DNA of 64,000 bases from an uncultured Treponema sp. (GTDB lineage Bacteria > Spirochaetota > Spirochaetia > Treponematales > Treponemataceae): contig CAMVSS010000001.1 in the NCBI GenBank assembly GCA_947170195.1, positions 2,371-66,370 on the forward strand, read 5' to 3'. Below are positions 38,623 to 48,702 of this stretch, piece by piece. How positions within the stretch are numbered: the stretch's first letter is position 1; each line of letters begins with the position of its first letter. Position numbers and translations under genes: made by a program. The notes below the pieces were generated by a model. It was not told the origin of the DNA and did no database searches. It worked only from the letters and a program-made list of their open reading frames with translations.

Positions 38623-40018
38623 AAAGATAAAAACTGTAGCTTTTTTCTGTTTGATTCTCGCGGCATTTTCTGCTTTTGCACAGGACACGAAAACTGATGC
38701 GCCAGAAACTGAAATCATTTCCCTGACCGTTGATCAGGCTGTAGAATATGCACTTGAGCACAGCAGGACTTTAAAATCTGCGGATATAGATTTGGAGATT
38801 AAGGCGCGGGCTTCGAGATATTCTTGGAATGTTTTTTTGCCGACGGTACAGGCTTCGGGAACGATGAGCCGTGCCTCGGATTATACGCCGTCGACCGGAG
38901 ATGTGATTTCCTATGCGCTGGGAAAGACTACGAAAATTCCAAGTTCATTTGATAAGGAAGAAGATCGCTGGTCTGTAGTCGGAAACTTGAGCGCATCATT
39001 AAATCTTTCGCTTGCCTACATCTGGCAGATTCGTGCGGCAAAAGCTGATTATGAGAATGGAAAAATCACTTATGAGCAGAGCACGAAAAAGACGGTGATG
39101 AATATCAAAAAGCTTTTCTACGGACTTCTTGTTCAGCAGGAAAGCCTTAAGATTCAGAAAACTTCGCTTGAGAATGCAAGGCAGCGAATGGTTCAGGCTG
39201 AGACAAACTTCAAGAATGGTACGATCCCGGAGCTGAGCCTTTTGCAGACCCAGGTAAACTATGAAAACACCAAGCCAGATGTCGAGGATGCAGAGAACAG
39301 CCTTAATCAGCAGTTCGAGACATTCGTTTTCCTGATCGGTATGCCGGTCGGTACAAAAATTTCGCTTGAGGGAAATATCGCGCCTTCTTATATAGAAGCT
39401 GACACTGATTCTTTGATTGAGCAGTACGGTGAGGAGAATCTTGATATCAAATCAATGCAGAAGACGATCGACATGATGAAGATGAATCTTACTGCGCTGA
39501 ACGTTTCAAGTTATACACCAGCTCTTGCATTGAGCTATGGTTTTCAGCCGGTTTATACAGGTGCGCATGCTTTCAGATTTATGAAGGATATCGGTCGGGA
39601 CAGCAAGTGGTTTGACAACGGAAAGCTGGGAATCACTTTGGCATGGAATCTTACGAATATGCTTCCGTTCAGTGCAAACCGACAGAGCGCGGCTGATTTG
39701 AGGCAGAACATCAAAAAACTTGAGATTACGATGGAAACGCTTCGGGAAAATCAGAAAGTCGAGGTCAAAAAGGCCGTGGATACTTTGAACAAGGCAAAAG
39801 CTCAGATTGAAGCGATGGACAGAAGCGTAAAACTTGCTCAGCGTGCTTACGACATGACTTATCGTTCTTACAGGAATGGTATGACAGAACTTCTCGACCT
39901 GCGCGATGCGGAAACTTCGCTCAATCAGGCAAAACTTGGAAGTTTGAGTCAGAAATATCAGTATATTTCGGCTCTGATGGATCTTGAATACACACTGAAC
40001 ACAACTTTGGTTAAATAA
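38615..40018 (+). CDS. TolC-family outer membrane efflux protein
   Basis: Signal peptide; LTVDQAVEYAL, two OEP repeats, YRNGMTELLDLRDAE. Confidence 0.9.
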   Translation: MSRKIKTVAFFCLILAAFSAFAQDTKTDAPETEIISLTVDQAVEYALEHSRTLKSADIDLEIKARASRYSWNVFLPTVQASGTMSRASDYTPSTGDVISYALGKTTKIPSSFDKEEDRWSVVGNLSASLNLSLAYIWQIRAAKADYENGKITYEQSTKKTVMNIKKLFYGLLVQQESLKIQKTSLENARQRMVQAETNFKNGTIPELSLLQTQVNYENTKPDVEDAENSLNQQFETFVFLIGMPVGTKISLEGNIAPSYIEADTDSLIEQYGEENLDIKSMQKTIDMMKMNLTALNVSSYTPALALSYGFQPVYTGAHAFRFMKDIGRDSKWFDNGKLGITLAWNLTNMLPFSANRQSAADLRQNIKKLEITMETLRENQKVEVKKAVDTLNKAKAQIEAMDRSVKLAQRAYDMTYRSYRNGMTELLDLRDAETSLNQAKLGSLSQKYQYISALMDLEYTLNTTLVK

Positions 40019-40043
40019 AATCTGACCATAACGGAGGAAAAAA

Positions 40044-40964
40044 ATGAAAAGAAATCTTAATTCGGTAATTTTTGTGGCAGCGATTCTTGCATTTTCTGTT
40101 GGCTTAATGAGCTGCGGACCAAAGGTTGCGGCAAATTCTAAGCAGGAAAACGACGAGCAGATTTATGCTATCAACACATATGCGACCCAGGCAGGAAATC
40201 TTGATGATTATCTTGAATTTGGCGGCGATGTCGCTTCGGTGACCTCGGTCGACGTAATGCCGGATCAGGCGGGAAAAGTCACAAGGATTCTTGTAAGCGT
40301 CGGAGATAAGGTTGTTAAAGGTCAGACCATTGCTTACGTAAACCCGCTCCGAGCCGGAGCTTTCTACAACGACAGTCCTGTAAATTCTCCGATTGAAGGA
40401 AGAATCACATCGTTGCCAGCACAGGTCGGAGCCACGGTTTCTCAGGCTTCCCCGATTGCAAAGGTAGCCCGAACGGACGAACTTGAAGTAAGAATCAATA
40501 TTGCCGAGCGTTTTATCAGCCGTATTTCTGAAAAGCAGAGCGCAGTAATCACATTTGATGCATATCCTGGAGTTGAGTTCGCCGCGCAAGTTTTTGAGGT
40601 CAGCCCGGTTCTGGATACTGCTACCCGAACGATGTCAGTAAAACTCAGGTTCAACAAAGTCGATTCAAGGGTAAAAGTAGGAATGTATGGACGCGTTAAA
40701 CTCATAACTGAATCTGTAAAGGACGCTATCCTTGTTCCAACAACTTGTATCATAACCAGGGAAAACAAGCCGTATATCTTCCTTGTTAACGAACAGCTTG
40801 CTGACGGAATTTCAACGGTAAAACTTCAGGAAGTGACCGTCGGAATTTCTGTTGACGGAAAGACGGAGATCATAAAAGGACTTTCTGTTGGTGATGAAAT
40901 CGTAATAAAAGGTCAGTCACTTTTGAATGATGGAGCAAAGGTAAAGAATCTTTCGAATAAATAA
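40044..40964 (+). CDS. RND efflux periplasmic adaptor (MFP)
   Basis: Lipoprotein signal LMSC; GKVTRILVSVGDKV, SPIEGRI, SPVLDTATRT, GLSVGDEIVIKGQ. Confidence 0.92.
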   Translation: MKRNLNSVIFVAAILAFSVGLMSCGPKVAANSKQENDEQIYAINTYATQAGNLDDYLEFGGDVASVTSVDVMPDQAGKVTRILVSVGDKVVKGQTIAYVNPLRAGAFYNDSPVNSPIEGRITSLPAQVGATVSQASPIAKVARTDELEVRINIAERFISRISEKQSAVITFDAYPGVEFAAQVFEVSPVLDTATRTMSVKLRFNKVDSRVKVGMYGRVKLITESVKDAILVPTTCIITRENKPYIFLVNEQLADGISTVKLQEVTVGISVDGKTEIIKGLSVGDEIVIKGQSLLNDGAKVKNLSNK

Positions 40965-41040
40965 TTATTGAAAAATTTTTCAACAGCGTTTTTTACTCTT
41001 GATTGAAAGATTTGTTTAGCAGCAAAACGGAGAACATTAA

Positions 41041-44000
41041 ATGACATTTTCTGAGAAATGTGTAAATAAACCGGTTACGACTATACTCGTCTTTATTCTC
41101 ATGATTGTTCTGGGAATATTCTGTACATTTCAGCTTCCGGTTGACATGTACCCTGATATGGATCTGCCGTACATGATTGTATATACGACATATAAAGGTG
41201 CAGGTCCAGAGGAAGTTGAGCAGAGTTTGACTCGAACCCTTGAAAGTTCAATGTCAGGACTTTCCGGTCTTAAAAAAATGACTTCCCGATCCATGTCGGG
41301 AGTTTCCATGGTTATTCTTGAGTTTAATTATGGAACGAATCTCGATGCGGCGACCGGAAATATCCGCGATAAAATCGATTTGGTCAGGACCTACCTGCCG
41401 AGCGGTGCGGAATCGCCGATTACGATTCGATTGGATCCTTCAATGATTCCAATTATGACTCTTGCGGTGCGTAGTAGCAGAACGCCTGAAGAGATCCGCA
41501 CCTTTGCGGAAGATACGATCGCTCCACGACTTGAGCAGGTTGACGGCGTTGCGTCTGCCAATGTCGTTGGTGGTCGTGAGCGTTCTATTAACGTAGATAT
41601 TCCGCGAGACCGTCTTGAGGCTTACGGACTTACAATCAGCACTGTTGCTCAGATGATCGGAGTTCAGAACGTTCAGTCTTCCGGCGGTACGATCAAGAGC
41701 GGTGATTTTAATTATACGATCAAAAATGATGGTAAATATAAATCTCTTGAGGATTTAAAGAACACGGTAATTTCTTACAAGGTTTCTGCTGATGCAGAGG
41801 TTCGCACTGTAATGCTCCGGGATATTGCGGACATTTACGAGGGCTACAAAGATGAATCGACGCTCGCTTATCTTGACGGAGAGCCTTGTGTAATCATCAT
41901 GTTGCAGAAGCAGTCAGGAAAAAACTCTGTTCAGGCTGCAAAAAAAGTTCGTGCTCAGCTGGCTCTTATTAAAAATGAAATACCTAACGACATTGAGATT
42001 ATCGAGTCGTCAAACACTACGGATATTATTTCCCAGACTGTAGGTGAGGTTGTCGGTTCGGTTGTTATGGGAGCGTTGCTTGCAATCGCGGTTTTGTTTA
42101 TCTTCCTTCGCTCTTTAAAATCTACGCTGATTGTTGGTGCTTCAATCCCTATTTCTGTAATGATTACACTTTTGTGTATGTACTTGAAAGGTCTGTCAAT
42201 CAACCAGATTTCGATGGCTGGTATGCTCCTCGGAATCGGTATGCTTGTAGATAACTCAATCGTCGTTCTTGAAAATATTTATTCTTATATTCAGCGCGAT
42301 ACAAAGCCGAAGGTTGCCGCAATTCTTGGTTCTCATGAAATGGTTGCGTCTATCACTGGTTCGACCCTCACGTCGGTTTGTATCTTCCTCCCGATGCTTG
42401 TCTTTAAGAGCAAGCTTGGTATGATGGGTCAGTTCTTTAACGACGTAGCATGGACAATCATCTTCTCGCTGACTTCTTCTCTGGTGGTTGCAATTGCGCT
42501 CGTTCCGGTTCTCTGCGCGAAATGTGTTACAAAAACTCAGATTTCGTTCGAGAAAAAAGGCTTTGCGTATAGCTTCAACAGGGCATTCAACAACTTCTTT
42601 GCTTGGCTTGATGACAAATATGCAAATGGAGTTACCTGGGTTCTTCATCACAGGAAGATCAGCATTTTCACCCTTATTGTACTTTTGATCGGTTCGTTTG
42701 TTTCGATTGCTTTCATCGGATTTGTATTCATGCCAGAAACTTCTGCAAACACGGTCGAGGTAGACTTTTCTCTTCCGAAAGGAACCCGACTCGAAATAAC
42801 TGAGGATACTATCCGCGAATTTGAGCTTATGGCTTTGAAAGAGCTTAAGGGAGTAAAATTCAGTACGATTACGGTTGGCGGAACAAGTGTATTCTCCGGC
42901 GGTGCGGAAACGAACACCGGTTCTGTCGTATTCACTCTTTATGAGCCTAGTAAACGATTGAGGGGATATGACAGCGAAAAAACTGCCAAAGATAAACTTC
43001 GAAAATATTTTAATTTGTTCCCGGGGGCTGATCTGACATTTGCCGCTGCTGCCAACAGCGCATCAAGCTCAAGCGGAATTTCGATCGATGTAAAGAGCGA
43101 TGATCTGAACCTTGTCCGCCAGACGGCCAGCGCGGTGGAAACATTGCTGAAAGAGAAGGCTACTGACTGGGTAACGGAGGTCGATTCTGACCAGGAAGAC
43201 GGATTGCCGCAGGCCGAAATCATTTTTGACCGAAGCCGAATGCAGGAATTCGGACTGAACATCTATTCCGTCGGTTCTGAGATTTCCGGCGTCATAAACG
43301 GAACAACTGCCAGCCGTTACACCAAAAATGGTGATGATATCGACGTGGTTGTACGAATGGCAGAAAAAGACAGGGCGCGGCTCACCGATTTGGATTCTAT
43401 TTCTGTGGTAACTTCAAGCGGAATGAGAATTCCTCTTTCAAGTTTTGCCCATTACGAGCAGACTACGGCTCCTGTAACGATTTACCGTCAGGATCAGGCG
43501 CGAATTATTCACGTTACAGGGAAACCTGTTAAGGGGCTTTCGCTCAACAAAGTTCAGGGTGCGATTGCAAAACTCATTGATGAGAACATTCCAAAAGATG
43601 AGAATGTCACAATCGGATTTTCCGGTGACTATGAGGAATTGAAAGAAGCTGGTCTTAACTTTGGATTGATCATTGTTTTGGCCGCATTCCTTGTATTCAT
43701 CGTAATGGCTTCACAGTTTGAAAGCATTCTTGATCCGTACATCGTTCTGCTTACGATTCCGTTCTCGTTCATCGGTGTTGTGATTATTTACGCACTTTCT
43801 GGAAACCAGATGAACATCGTAACGATCGTCGGTATGCTTGTTCTTGTCGGAACGATCGTAAACAACGGTATCGTTCTCGTAGACTATACAAACCTGCTTA
43901 GAAAGCGAGGTCTTGAGCTGGAGAACGCTTGTATCGAAGCTGCAAGAAACCGTCTCCGCCCGATTTTGATGTCAACTTTGACCACGGTTATCTCGCTTAC

Positions 44001-44277
44001 TCCTATGGCATTCTTCCCTGGTGAGGGTGCGGCAAACTTGCAGCCAATTTCGCTCACCGTATTCGGTGGTATGTCTTTCGGATCTGTGATGACGCTTTTC
44101 TTGATGCCGACGATTTACTTCATCTTCAACAACAGGCGTCTTAAGAAAGCTGCAAAAAGGGCAGCAAGGCTTGAGGCAAAAAATAAAAACGCAAAGACAA
44201 AAGCGGAGCTTCGCCGCCAGAAAGAACTTAGCCGCTCTATAAAGAAAGTCGAAAATCACACGGAGGAGGGACGCTGA
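41041..44277 (+). CDS. RND efflux transporter permease (AcrB/AcrD/AcrF family)
   Basis: GMLVDNSIVVLENI, STLTSVCIFLP, GTIVNNGIVLVD, RLRPILMSTLTT; 12 TMs expected for the family. Confidence 0.96.
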   Translation: MTFSEKCVNKPVTTILVFILMIVLGIFCTFQLPVDMYPDMDLPYMIVYTTYKGAGPEEVEQSLTRTLESSMSGLSGLKKMTSRSMSGVSMVILEFNYGTNLDAATGNIRDKIDLVRTYLPSGAESPITIRLDPSMIPIMTLAVRSSRTPEEIRTFAEDTIAPRLEQVDGVASANVVGGRERSINVDIPRDRLEAYGLTISTVAQMIGVQNVQSSGGTIKSGDFNYTIKNDGKYKSLEDLKNTVISYKVSADAEVRTVMLRDIADIYEGYKDESTLAYLDGEPCVIIMLQKQSGKNSVQAAKKVRAQLALIKNEIPNDIEIIESSNTTDIISQTVGEVVGSVVMGALLAIAVLFIFLRSLKSTLIVGASIPISVMITLLCMYLKGLSINQISMAGMLLGIGMLVDNSIVVLENIYSYIQRDTKPKVAAILGSHEMVASITGSTLTSVCIFLPMLVFKSKLGMMGQFFNDVAWTIIFSLTSSLVVAIALVPVLCAKCVTKTQISFEKKGFAYSFNRAFNNFFAWLDDKYANGVTWVLHHRKISIFTLIVLLIGSFVSIAFIGFVFMPETSANTVEVDFSLPKGTRLEITEDTIREFELMALKELKGVKFSTITVGGTSVFSGGAETNTGSVVFTLYEPSKRLRGYDSEKTAKDKLRKYFNLFPGADLTFAAAANSASSSSGISIDVKSDDLNLVRQTASAVETLLKEKATDWVTEVDSDQEDGLPQAEIIFDRSRMQEFGLNIYSVGSEISGVINGTTASRYTKNGDDIDVVVRMAEKDRARLTDLDSISVVTSSGMRIPLSSFAHYEQTTAPVTIYRQDQARIIHVTGKPVKGLSLNKVQGAIAKLIDENIPKDENVTIGFSGDYEELKEAGLNFGLIIVLAAFLVFIVMASQFESILDPYIVLLTIPFSFIGVVIIYALSGNQMNIVTIVGMLVLVGTIVNNGIVLVDYTNLLRKRGLELENACIEAARNRLRPILMSTLTTVISLTPMAFFPGEGAANLQPISLTVFGGMSFGSVMTLFLMPTIYFIFNNRRLKKAAKRAARLEAKNKNAKTKAELRRQKELSRSIKKVENHTEEGR

Positions 44278-44278
44278 T

Positions 44279-44605
44279 ATGGGATATCTTGAAAGCATAA
44301 GACAGCATGCCGGTTTGCAGAAAAGAGTTGAGATTATCTTTTCACAGGCGATAGAAGAAGATTTCATTCAGGAATTCAAAGAGCATAAAGTTGCGGCTCG
44401 CTACACAAAATTAAAAGGTGTAATGGGCGCAGGATATTCGATCCCTCGCTTGGGCGATGCAATCTGGCCGCAGCTCAACATGATGTATATCATTTATTGT
44501 GGCGAGGAAGACTGCAAGACGATTATTTCAATAGTCGAAAAACTGCGCGAGCAGTATATCGGCGAGGGAATCGCTTGCTTTGTCAGCGATTCGACGGAAG
44601 TTTAA
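44279..44605 (+). CDS. PG0541-type PII-like transporter-associated protein
   Basis: YTKLKGVMGAG..PRLGDAIWPQLN; starts 2 nt after the RND stop. Confidence 0.78.
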   Translation: MGYLESIRQHAGLQKRVEIIFSQAIEEDFIQEFKEHKVAARYTKLKGVMGAGYSIPRLGDAIWPQLNMMYIIYCGEEDCKTIISIVEKLREQYIGEGIACFVSDSTEV

Positions 44606-44641
44606 TCTGCAAAAAATAAAAAAGTTCTCCTAAATATGTCT

Positions 44642-44676
44642 AGGTGCCCGGTAAAAAGCCGGGCGCCTTTTCTTTT
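44642..44676 (+). terminator. terminator of the efflux operon
   Basis: AGGTGCCCGG..CCGGGCGCCT-TTTCTTTT. Confidence 0.8.
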
Positions 44677-44735
44677 GAAAAAAATCTTCCTGACAGCTAT
44701 AAAAAAATTGGTTTTTAAGCAAATTCGGTCTTATA

Positions 44736-45476
44736 ATGGGAACTATGGAAATAAGTGCTGCTATTACAGAATATTATGATGAGCTGTATCCTGTTACAGA
44801 CGAGCTAAAAAAGTTTTATGCAAATGAAAGTGACTCCTATTCCTCTCCGGTAAAATTTTTACGGATTGGTTGCGGAACAGGCTCTTTCGAACATTTTTTA
44901 GCAAGAAATGGAGCCGATGCTACCGGAATTGAGTATTTTCAGAGTTTCCTTGATTCTGCTAACAGAAAACGCCGAACGCAGCTCATGGCACTTCGTTTCT
45001 TCAATATGATTCCTTTGGAAATAAGCCGTTATTTGGGCAAAGGGTTCTACAATATTGTTTCAATTCTTAATGGCCGCATAATTCTTACAAAAGATAAAAC
45101 ACTGATGGCAAAACTTTTTTATGATTGCCGAAATTTGCTCACCGAGGGCGGGAAATTCATTATCGAACTTCCAAATTTCGAAAAATATGCTGGAAAGACA
45201 GAATTTGAGCTTCCGAGCAGGGAGAGCATCCGTGCAAAATGCTTCTCAAAAATCATAAAAAAAGATGAGGATACATACATTTGCAATCAGGAAATCGAGA
45301 ATTCTTCCGGGAGAATGCTGCCGGTTTTAGAAGAGACCGAAATCAATTTCCTGACAAAAACAAAAATCGAGGAAATCGCTCAGAAAGCCGGATTTTCAAA
45401 AAGTGAATATTACTCAGATTTCTTGAAAAATCCGCTTTCAAAAGATTCCGATACGCTTATAGCCGTCCTTCAATGA
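44736..45476 (+). CDS. class I SAM-dependent methyltransferase-like protein
   Basis: YYDELYP, LRIGCGTG, LLTEGGKFII, AGF..YSDF. Confidence 0.75.
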   Translation: MGTMEISAAITEYYDELYPVTDELKKFYANESDSYSSPVKFLRIGCGTGSFEHFLARNGADATGIEYFQSFLDSANRKRRTQLMALRFFNMIPLEISRYLGKGFYNIVSILNGRIILTKDKTLMAKLFYDCRNLLTEGGKFIIELPNFEKYAGKTEFELPSRESIRAKCFSKIIKKDEDTYICNQEIENSSGRMLPVLEETEINFLTKTKIEEIAQKAGFSKSEYYSDFLKNPLSKDSDTLIAVLQ

Positions 45477-45501
45477 TTTGCCCAGCTCGTTTTCCGTTGT
45501 T

Positions 45502-46431
45502 TTAGTGGAGATACCACTTTCCGTTTTCTTTTGAGAATCTGCTTGCCGGAATTTCGAGGAGACGACCATCTTCTCCGAGCATCCGAATTATTCTCTTGAG
45601 CGGATTTACATCCGTGATCTTAAAATTGGTGTCGTCATAGCGAATGTGCAGGCCTTCGTTCGGAAGCGTTTTTCGAGCTTCGCAGTAGCAGCCATATTCG
45701 TAGCTCAGACAGCATAAAAGTCGTCCGCACTGTCCGGAAATCTTCATTGAGTTGAGCGAAAGGCTCTGCTCCTTTGCCATTTTGATCGATACCGGCGGAA
45801 GTTTGTCGCAGATTGAGTGGCAGCAATACGGTCTTCCGCAGACACCGAGTCCGCCTGTGATTCTGCTCTCGTCCCTGACACCGATTTGTCTCAGCTCGAT
45901 TCGCATTTTGAATACGGAAACCAAATCTTTTACCAGCTCGCGGAAGTCGACGCGGTTCTCGCTTGAGAAGAAAAACAACGCTTTTGATTCCTCGAGAAGA
46001 AAATGTACAGCAATCAGCTTCATGTCGAGCTTGTGATCGGCTACTTTTTCTTTAAAAGTTTTGAAAGCATCCGCTTCTTTTGCGGCCAGGTCATTGAATT
46101 TTTTGAGGTCATCTTGATTTGCTTTTCGTTCTGCGGTTACGATTTCTGACGGCTTGATTCCGACCGGATAGTTTATTTTTCCGAGAACTTTTGCCAGATC
46201 TTTTCCGTAGCGCGTCGGAATGATGACGTAATCATCTTTTTTGAGGTCTTTTATGTTTTTTGGAAGCGAAACATATACACCTTCGCTTGAATACTCAAGT
46301 TTTGTCAAAAAAAGCGGATTCGGATAGACGAAATTCTCATCGATCGAATCATCGTTTTTATAATTGTTGTCTTCGAGGCTCGAAAGGTCTTCTGCCTCGT
46401 CGTTTATATCCTGCTCAAATATATCGCTCAT
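45502..46431 (-). CDS. ricT: PSP1/RicT (YaaT) family Fe-S regulatory protein
   Basis: RVDFRELVKDL, RIELRQIGVRDE, GVCGRPYCC, KISGQCGRLLCCLSYE. Confidence 0.92.
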   Translation of the reverse strand: MSDIFEQDINDEAEDLSSLEDNNYKNDDSIDENFVYPNPLFLTKLEYSSEGVYVSLPKNIKDLKKDDYVIIPTRYGKDLAKVLGKINYPVGIKPSEIVTAERKANQDDLKKFNDLAAKEADAFKTFKEKVADHKLDMKLIAVHFLLEESKALFFFSSENRVDFRELVKDLVSVFKMRIELRQIGVRDESRITGGLGVCGRPYCCHSICDKLPPVSIKMAKEQSLSLNSMKISGQCGRLLCCLSYEYGCYCEARKTLPNEGLHIRYDDTNFKITDVNPLKRIIRMLGEDGRLLEIPASRFSKENGKWYLH

Positions 46432-46487
46432 AATAATCTCCTTTTTGTTTTTTTTCGCCAGAGCGCAACGCGCTGTTCAGCTTTTGC

Positions 46488-47051
46488 TTATTCGGCCAGC
46501 AAGTCCACAATCATTCCGTTGATCTCCTCAACTTTGGCCAGAAGCTGAAGATTTTTTCCGTGCAGGATGAGCATTTCTGATGCGAGCTGGTTCAATTTTT
46601 GGTCGATAATCCTTATCTGAATTTTGGGATCGACCGGACGCCCTGTTCTTTTGCTTATCCTCATTCTCATTTTTTCAGAGAGCTTTTCACGGTGTATTTC
46701 AAAGTTATTTTTTACGATGTATTTCATGAACTGACCGACGGCTTTTCTGAAAGTCTCCATTGCTTCCAGATCCTGTCGGCGTTTCAGTTCCTCGCTCGCA
46801 ATATCAACTGCGTCCTTGAGGAATACTATTGCATCAGCTTCGGACATTCCTGCGATTTCTGGAGGAAGCCCCTCTGATACAAGTTCGGAAATTTCATGAT
46901 TTTTATGCAGCGCGGAAGCAAATGCGCTTTTCTTTGATTTTTCGGTTTTTCTTGATTGAATTGCCGCCTGTTGTGAAGCCAGCTGAGAAGCGGCGAAAAA
47001 AGGTGATTGAACTGTGCTCTGGGTATTTATTGAAGGAAAATCAGCCATCAA
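46488..47051 (-). CDS. YaaR/DUF327 family protein
   Basis: FRKAVGQFMKYIV..IDQKLNQLA..LLAKVEEINGMIVDLL; adjacent to ricT. Confidence 0.82.
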   Translation of the reverse strand: MMADFPSINTQSTVQSPFFAASQLASQQAAIQSRKTEKSKKSAFASALHKNHEISELVSEGLPPEIAGMSEADAIVFLKDAVDIASEELKRRQDLEAMETFRKAVGQFMKYIVKNNFEIHREKLSEKMRMRISKRTGRPVDPKIQIRIIDQKLNQLASEMLILHGKNLQLLAKVEEINGMIVDLLAE

Positions 47052-47052
47052 A

Positions 47053-47472
47053 TCACCTTACAGTCGAAATGTAATTTTTTTTGATGGAAATTTCGTTTGA
47101 ATATTGCTCGGCCGCTTCCTGGAAATTTTCTTCCTGCTTGAGGGCGATGCAATGGCCGTGGAAGATTACGTTTTCTTCGATTTCGAGATGTTTTGTCGTT
47201 ATATTGCCTATGACGGCCGAAGAAGAAAGAAGTTTGATTCCTTCCGGGGCGTAGATGTTTCCATTTACGATTCCGCCGACAACCGTGGAGATTGCCGTGA
47301 GGTTTCCGTTTATTCTTGCCTTGTTTCCGACGATGATGTTTCCTGTTGATTCGAGGTTCCCGTCAATATCTCCGTCGATGCGTACAAATCCGTTTACGTG
47401 TATGTCGCCTGAAACTGCCGAGCCTGAGCCAATTAGAGTATTGATTGAAATATCATCTGCCAAGAAATTCAT
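47053..47472 (-). CDS. bactofilin (CcmA/polymer-forming cytoskeletal protein)
   Basis: NTLIGSGSAVSGDI..VRIDGDIDG..VGGIVNGNI beta-helix repeats. Confidence 0.92.
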   Translation of the reverse strand: MNFLADDISINTLIGSGSAVSGDIHVNGFVRIDGDIDGNLESTGNIIVGNKARINGNLTAISTVVGGIVNGNIYAPEGIKLLSSSAVIGNITTKHLEIEENVIFHGHCIALKQEENFQEAAEQYSNEISIKKNYISTVR

Positions 47473-47479
47473 TTTTTTG

Positions 47480-48502
47480 CTATTTAGTGATTTTTACGTT
47501 TACGTATTTGATTGGATCAACAACATCAGAACCGATGTGAACTTCGTAGTGAAGGTGCGGACCGGTTGATATTCCTGTGTTTCCGATAGTACCGATTACT
47601 TTTCTCTGGTTTACGAAATCACCCTTGTGAACGTATACGGTGTTCATGTGGCAGTAGCGGGTGTACATACCGTGTTTGTGTTTGATGATAACGTAGTTTC
47701 CGAAACCTGAATCGTATGCGACTGTAACGACCTGACCGTTTGCCGTAGCGAGAATCGGGTCTCCTGTTCGCCATGTTGAGATGTCGAGGCCTTTGTGGAT
47801 GTACCAGTTTCCGGTGATCGGGTGTGTAGTCTGTCCGAACGGCTGAGAGATGTGTCCGATACCGCCTTTTACAGGCCAGATGTTCGGCGTGTCGGCAAAG
47901 AGCGTTTCCTGACTTTCGAGCATTTTTCCGAGCTGCTCGATCGGCTGGATTGCATTCTCAAGATATGATGTGAGCTGATGCATGTCGTTTGCTTCTTTTG
48001 TTGAGCCGAATGCGCGTTCCTGATTGTCGAAGAGAGAGTTGAGGTCGCTGTCCGAAGTGGATGCTTTTGCAACAGTCTTTGTCTGGTCGATTCCGAGCAA
48101 AGAAAGAGTCTGCGAGAGTGATGATTTGAATCGTTTTGCGGTCTGAAGGACGTTGTTGTTTTCGTCCCGAAGCTCGTCAAAGCTTGCGAGCAACTCACGG
48201 TTTTCTTTCATTGAGCGGCTAAGTTCTTCGCTGATGGTTGAGTCATGTTTTTTGAAATATACGAATGAAGAAACTATTCCAACGATCAGGATGATTCCGA
48301 AAGCGAGTGAAAAAATATTTGTTCTGAAATTTATGACCTTTCCCTGAGAGTGAGGAACAATCATGATTGTAAGCTTGCTGTCGCATACGCGGAAAATTTT
48401 TACGAAAATATTTATAAAACAGGTGAGTCCGCGGTTAAGTGCCTTTAAAAAAGAAGCGACAACATTCTTTTCGACTTTTTTGTAATGTCTTGTCTTTGCC
48501 AA
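47480..48502 (-). CDS. M23-family peptidoglycan endopeptidase
   Basis: TM plus coiled coil; HKGLD, TRYCHM, GNTGISTGPHLHYEV; TTG start. Confidence 0.93.
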   Translation of the reverse strand: MAKTRHYKKVEKNVVASFLKALNRGLTCFINIFVKIFRVCDSKLTIMIVPHSQGKVINFRTNIFSLAFGIILIVGIVSSFVYFKKHDSTISEELSRSMKENRELLASFDELRDENNNVLQTAKRFKSSLSQTLSLLGIDQTKTVAKASTSDSDLNSLFDNQERAFGSTKEANDMHQLTSYLENAIQPIEQLGKMLESQETLFADTPNIWPVKGGIGHISQPFGQTTHPITGNWYIHKGLDISTWRTGDPILATANGQVVTVAYDSGFGNYVIIKHKHGMYTRYCHMNTVYVHKGDFVNQRKVIGTIGNTGISTGPHLHYEVHIGSDVVDPIKYVNVKITK

Positions 48503-48545
48503 TTTTTTACACCCCGAATAAAAAAACTACAAACTCCAATTTGCA

Positions 48546-48634
48546 ATTTTACCATAGTATTTAAAACTATGTCAAATAAGCAAATATCATATACATATTC
48601 ATAATTTGACAGTTTAAATTTTCTCTGTTATTCT
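48546..48634. promoter_or_regulatory. back-to-back sigma70 promoters (M23 operon and tatD operon)
   Basis: Minus strand: TTGACA 48575-48570 with extended -10 TGGTAAAAT. Plus strand: TTGACA 48606, N17, TATTCT 48629. Confidence 0.65.
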
Positions 48635-48702
48635 ATCGTCATGAATGGCGTAAAAAATAAGCCGTTCATTTTTTATATCTCATCTAATTTGGAAGAAAGC
48701 CC

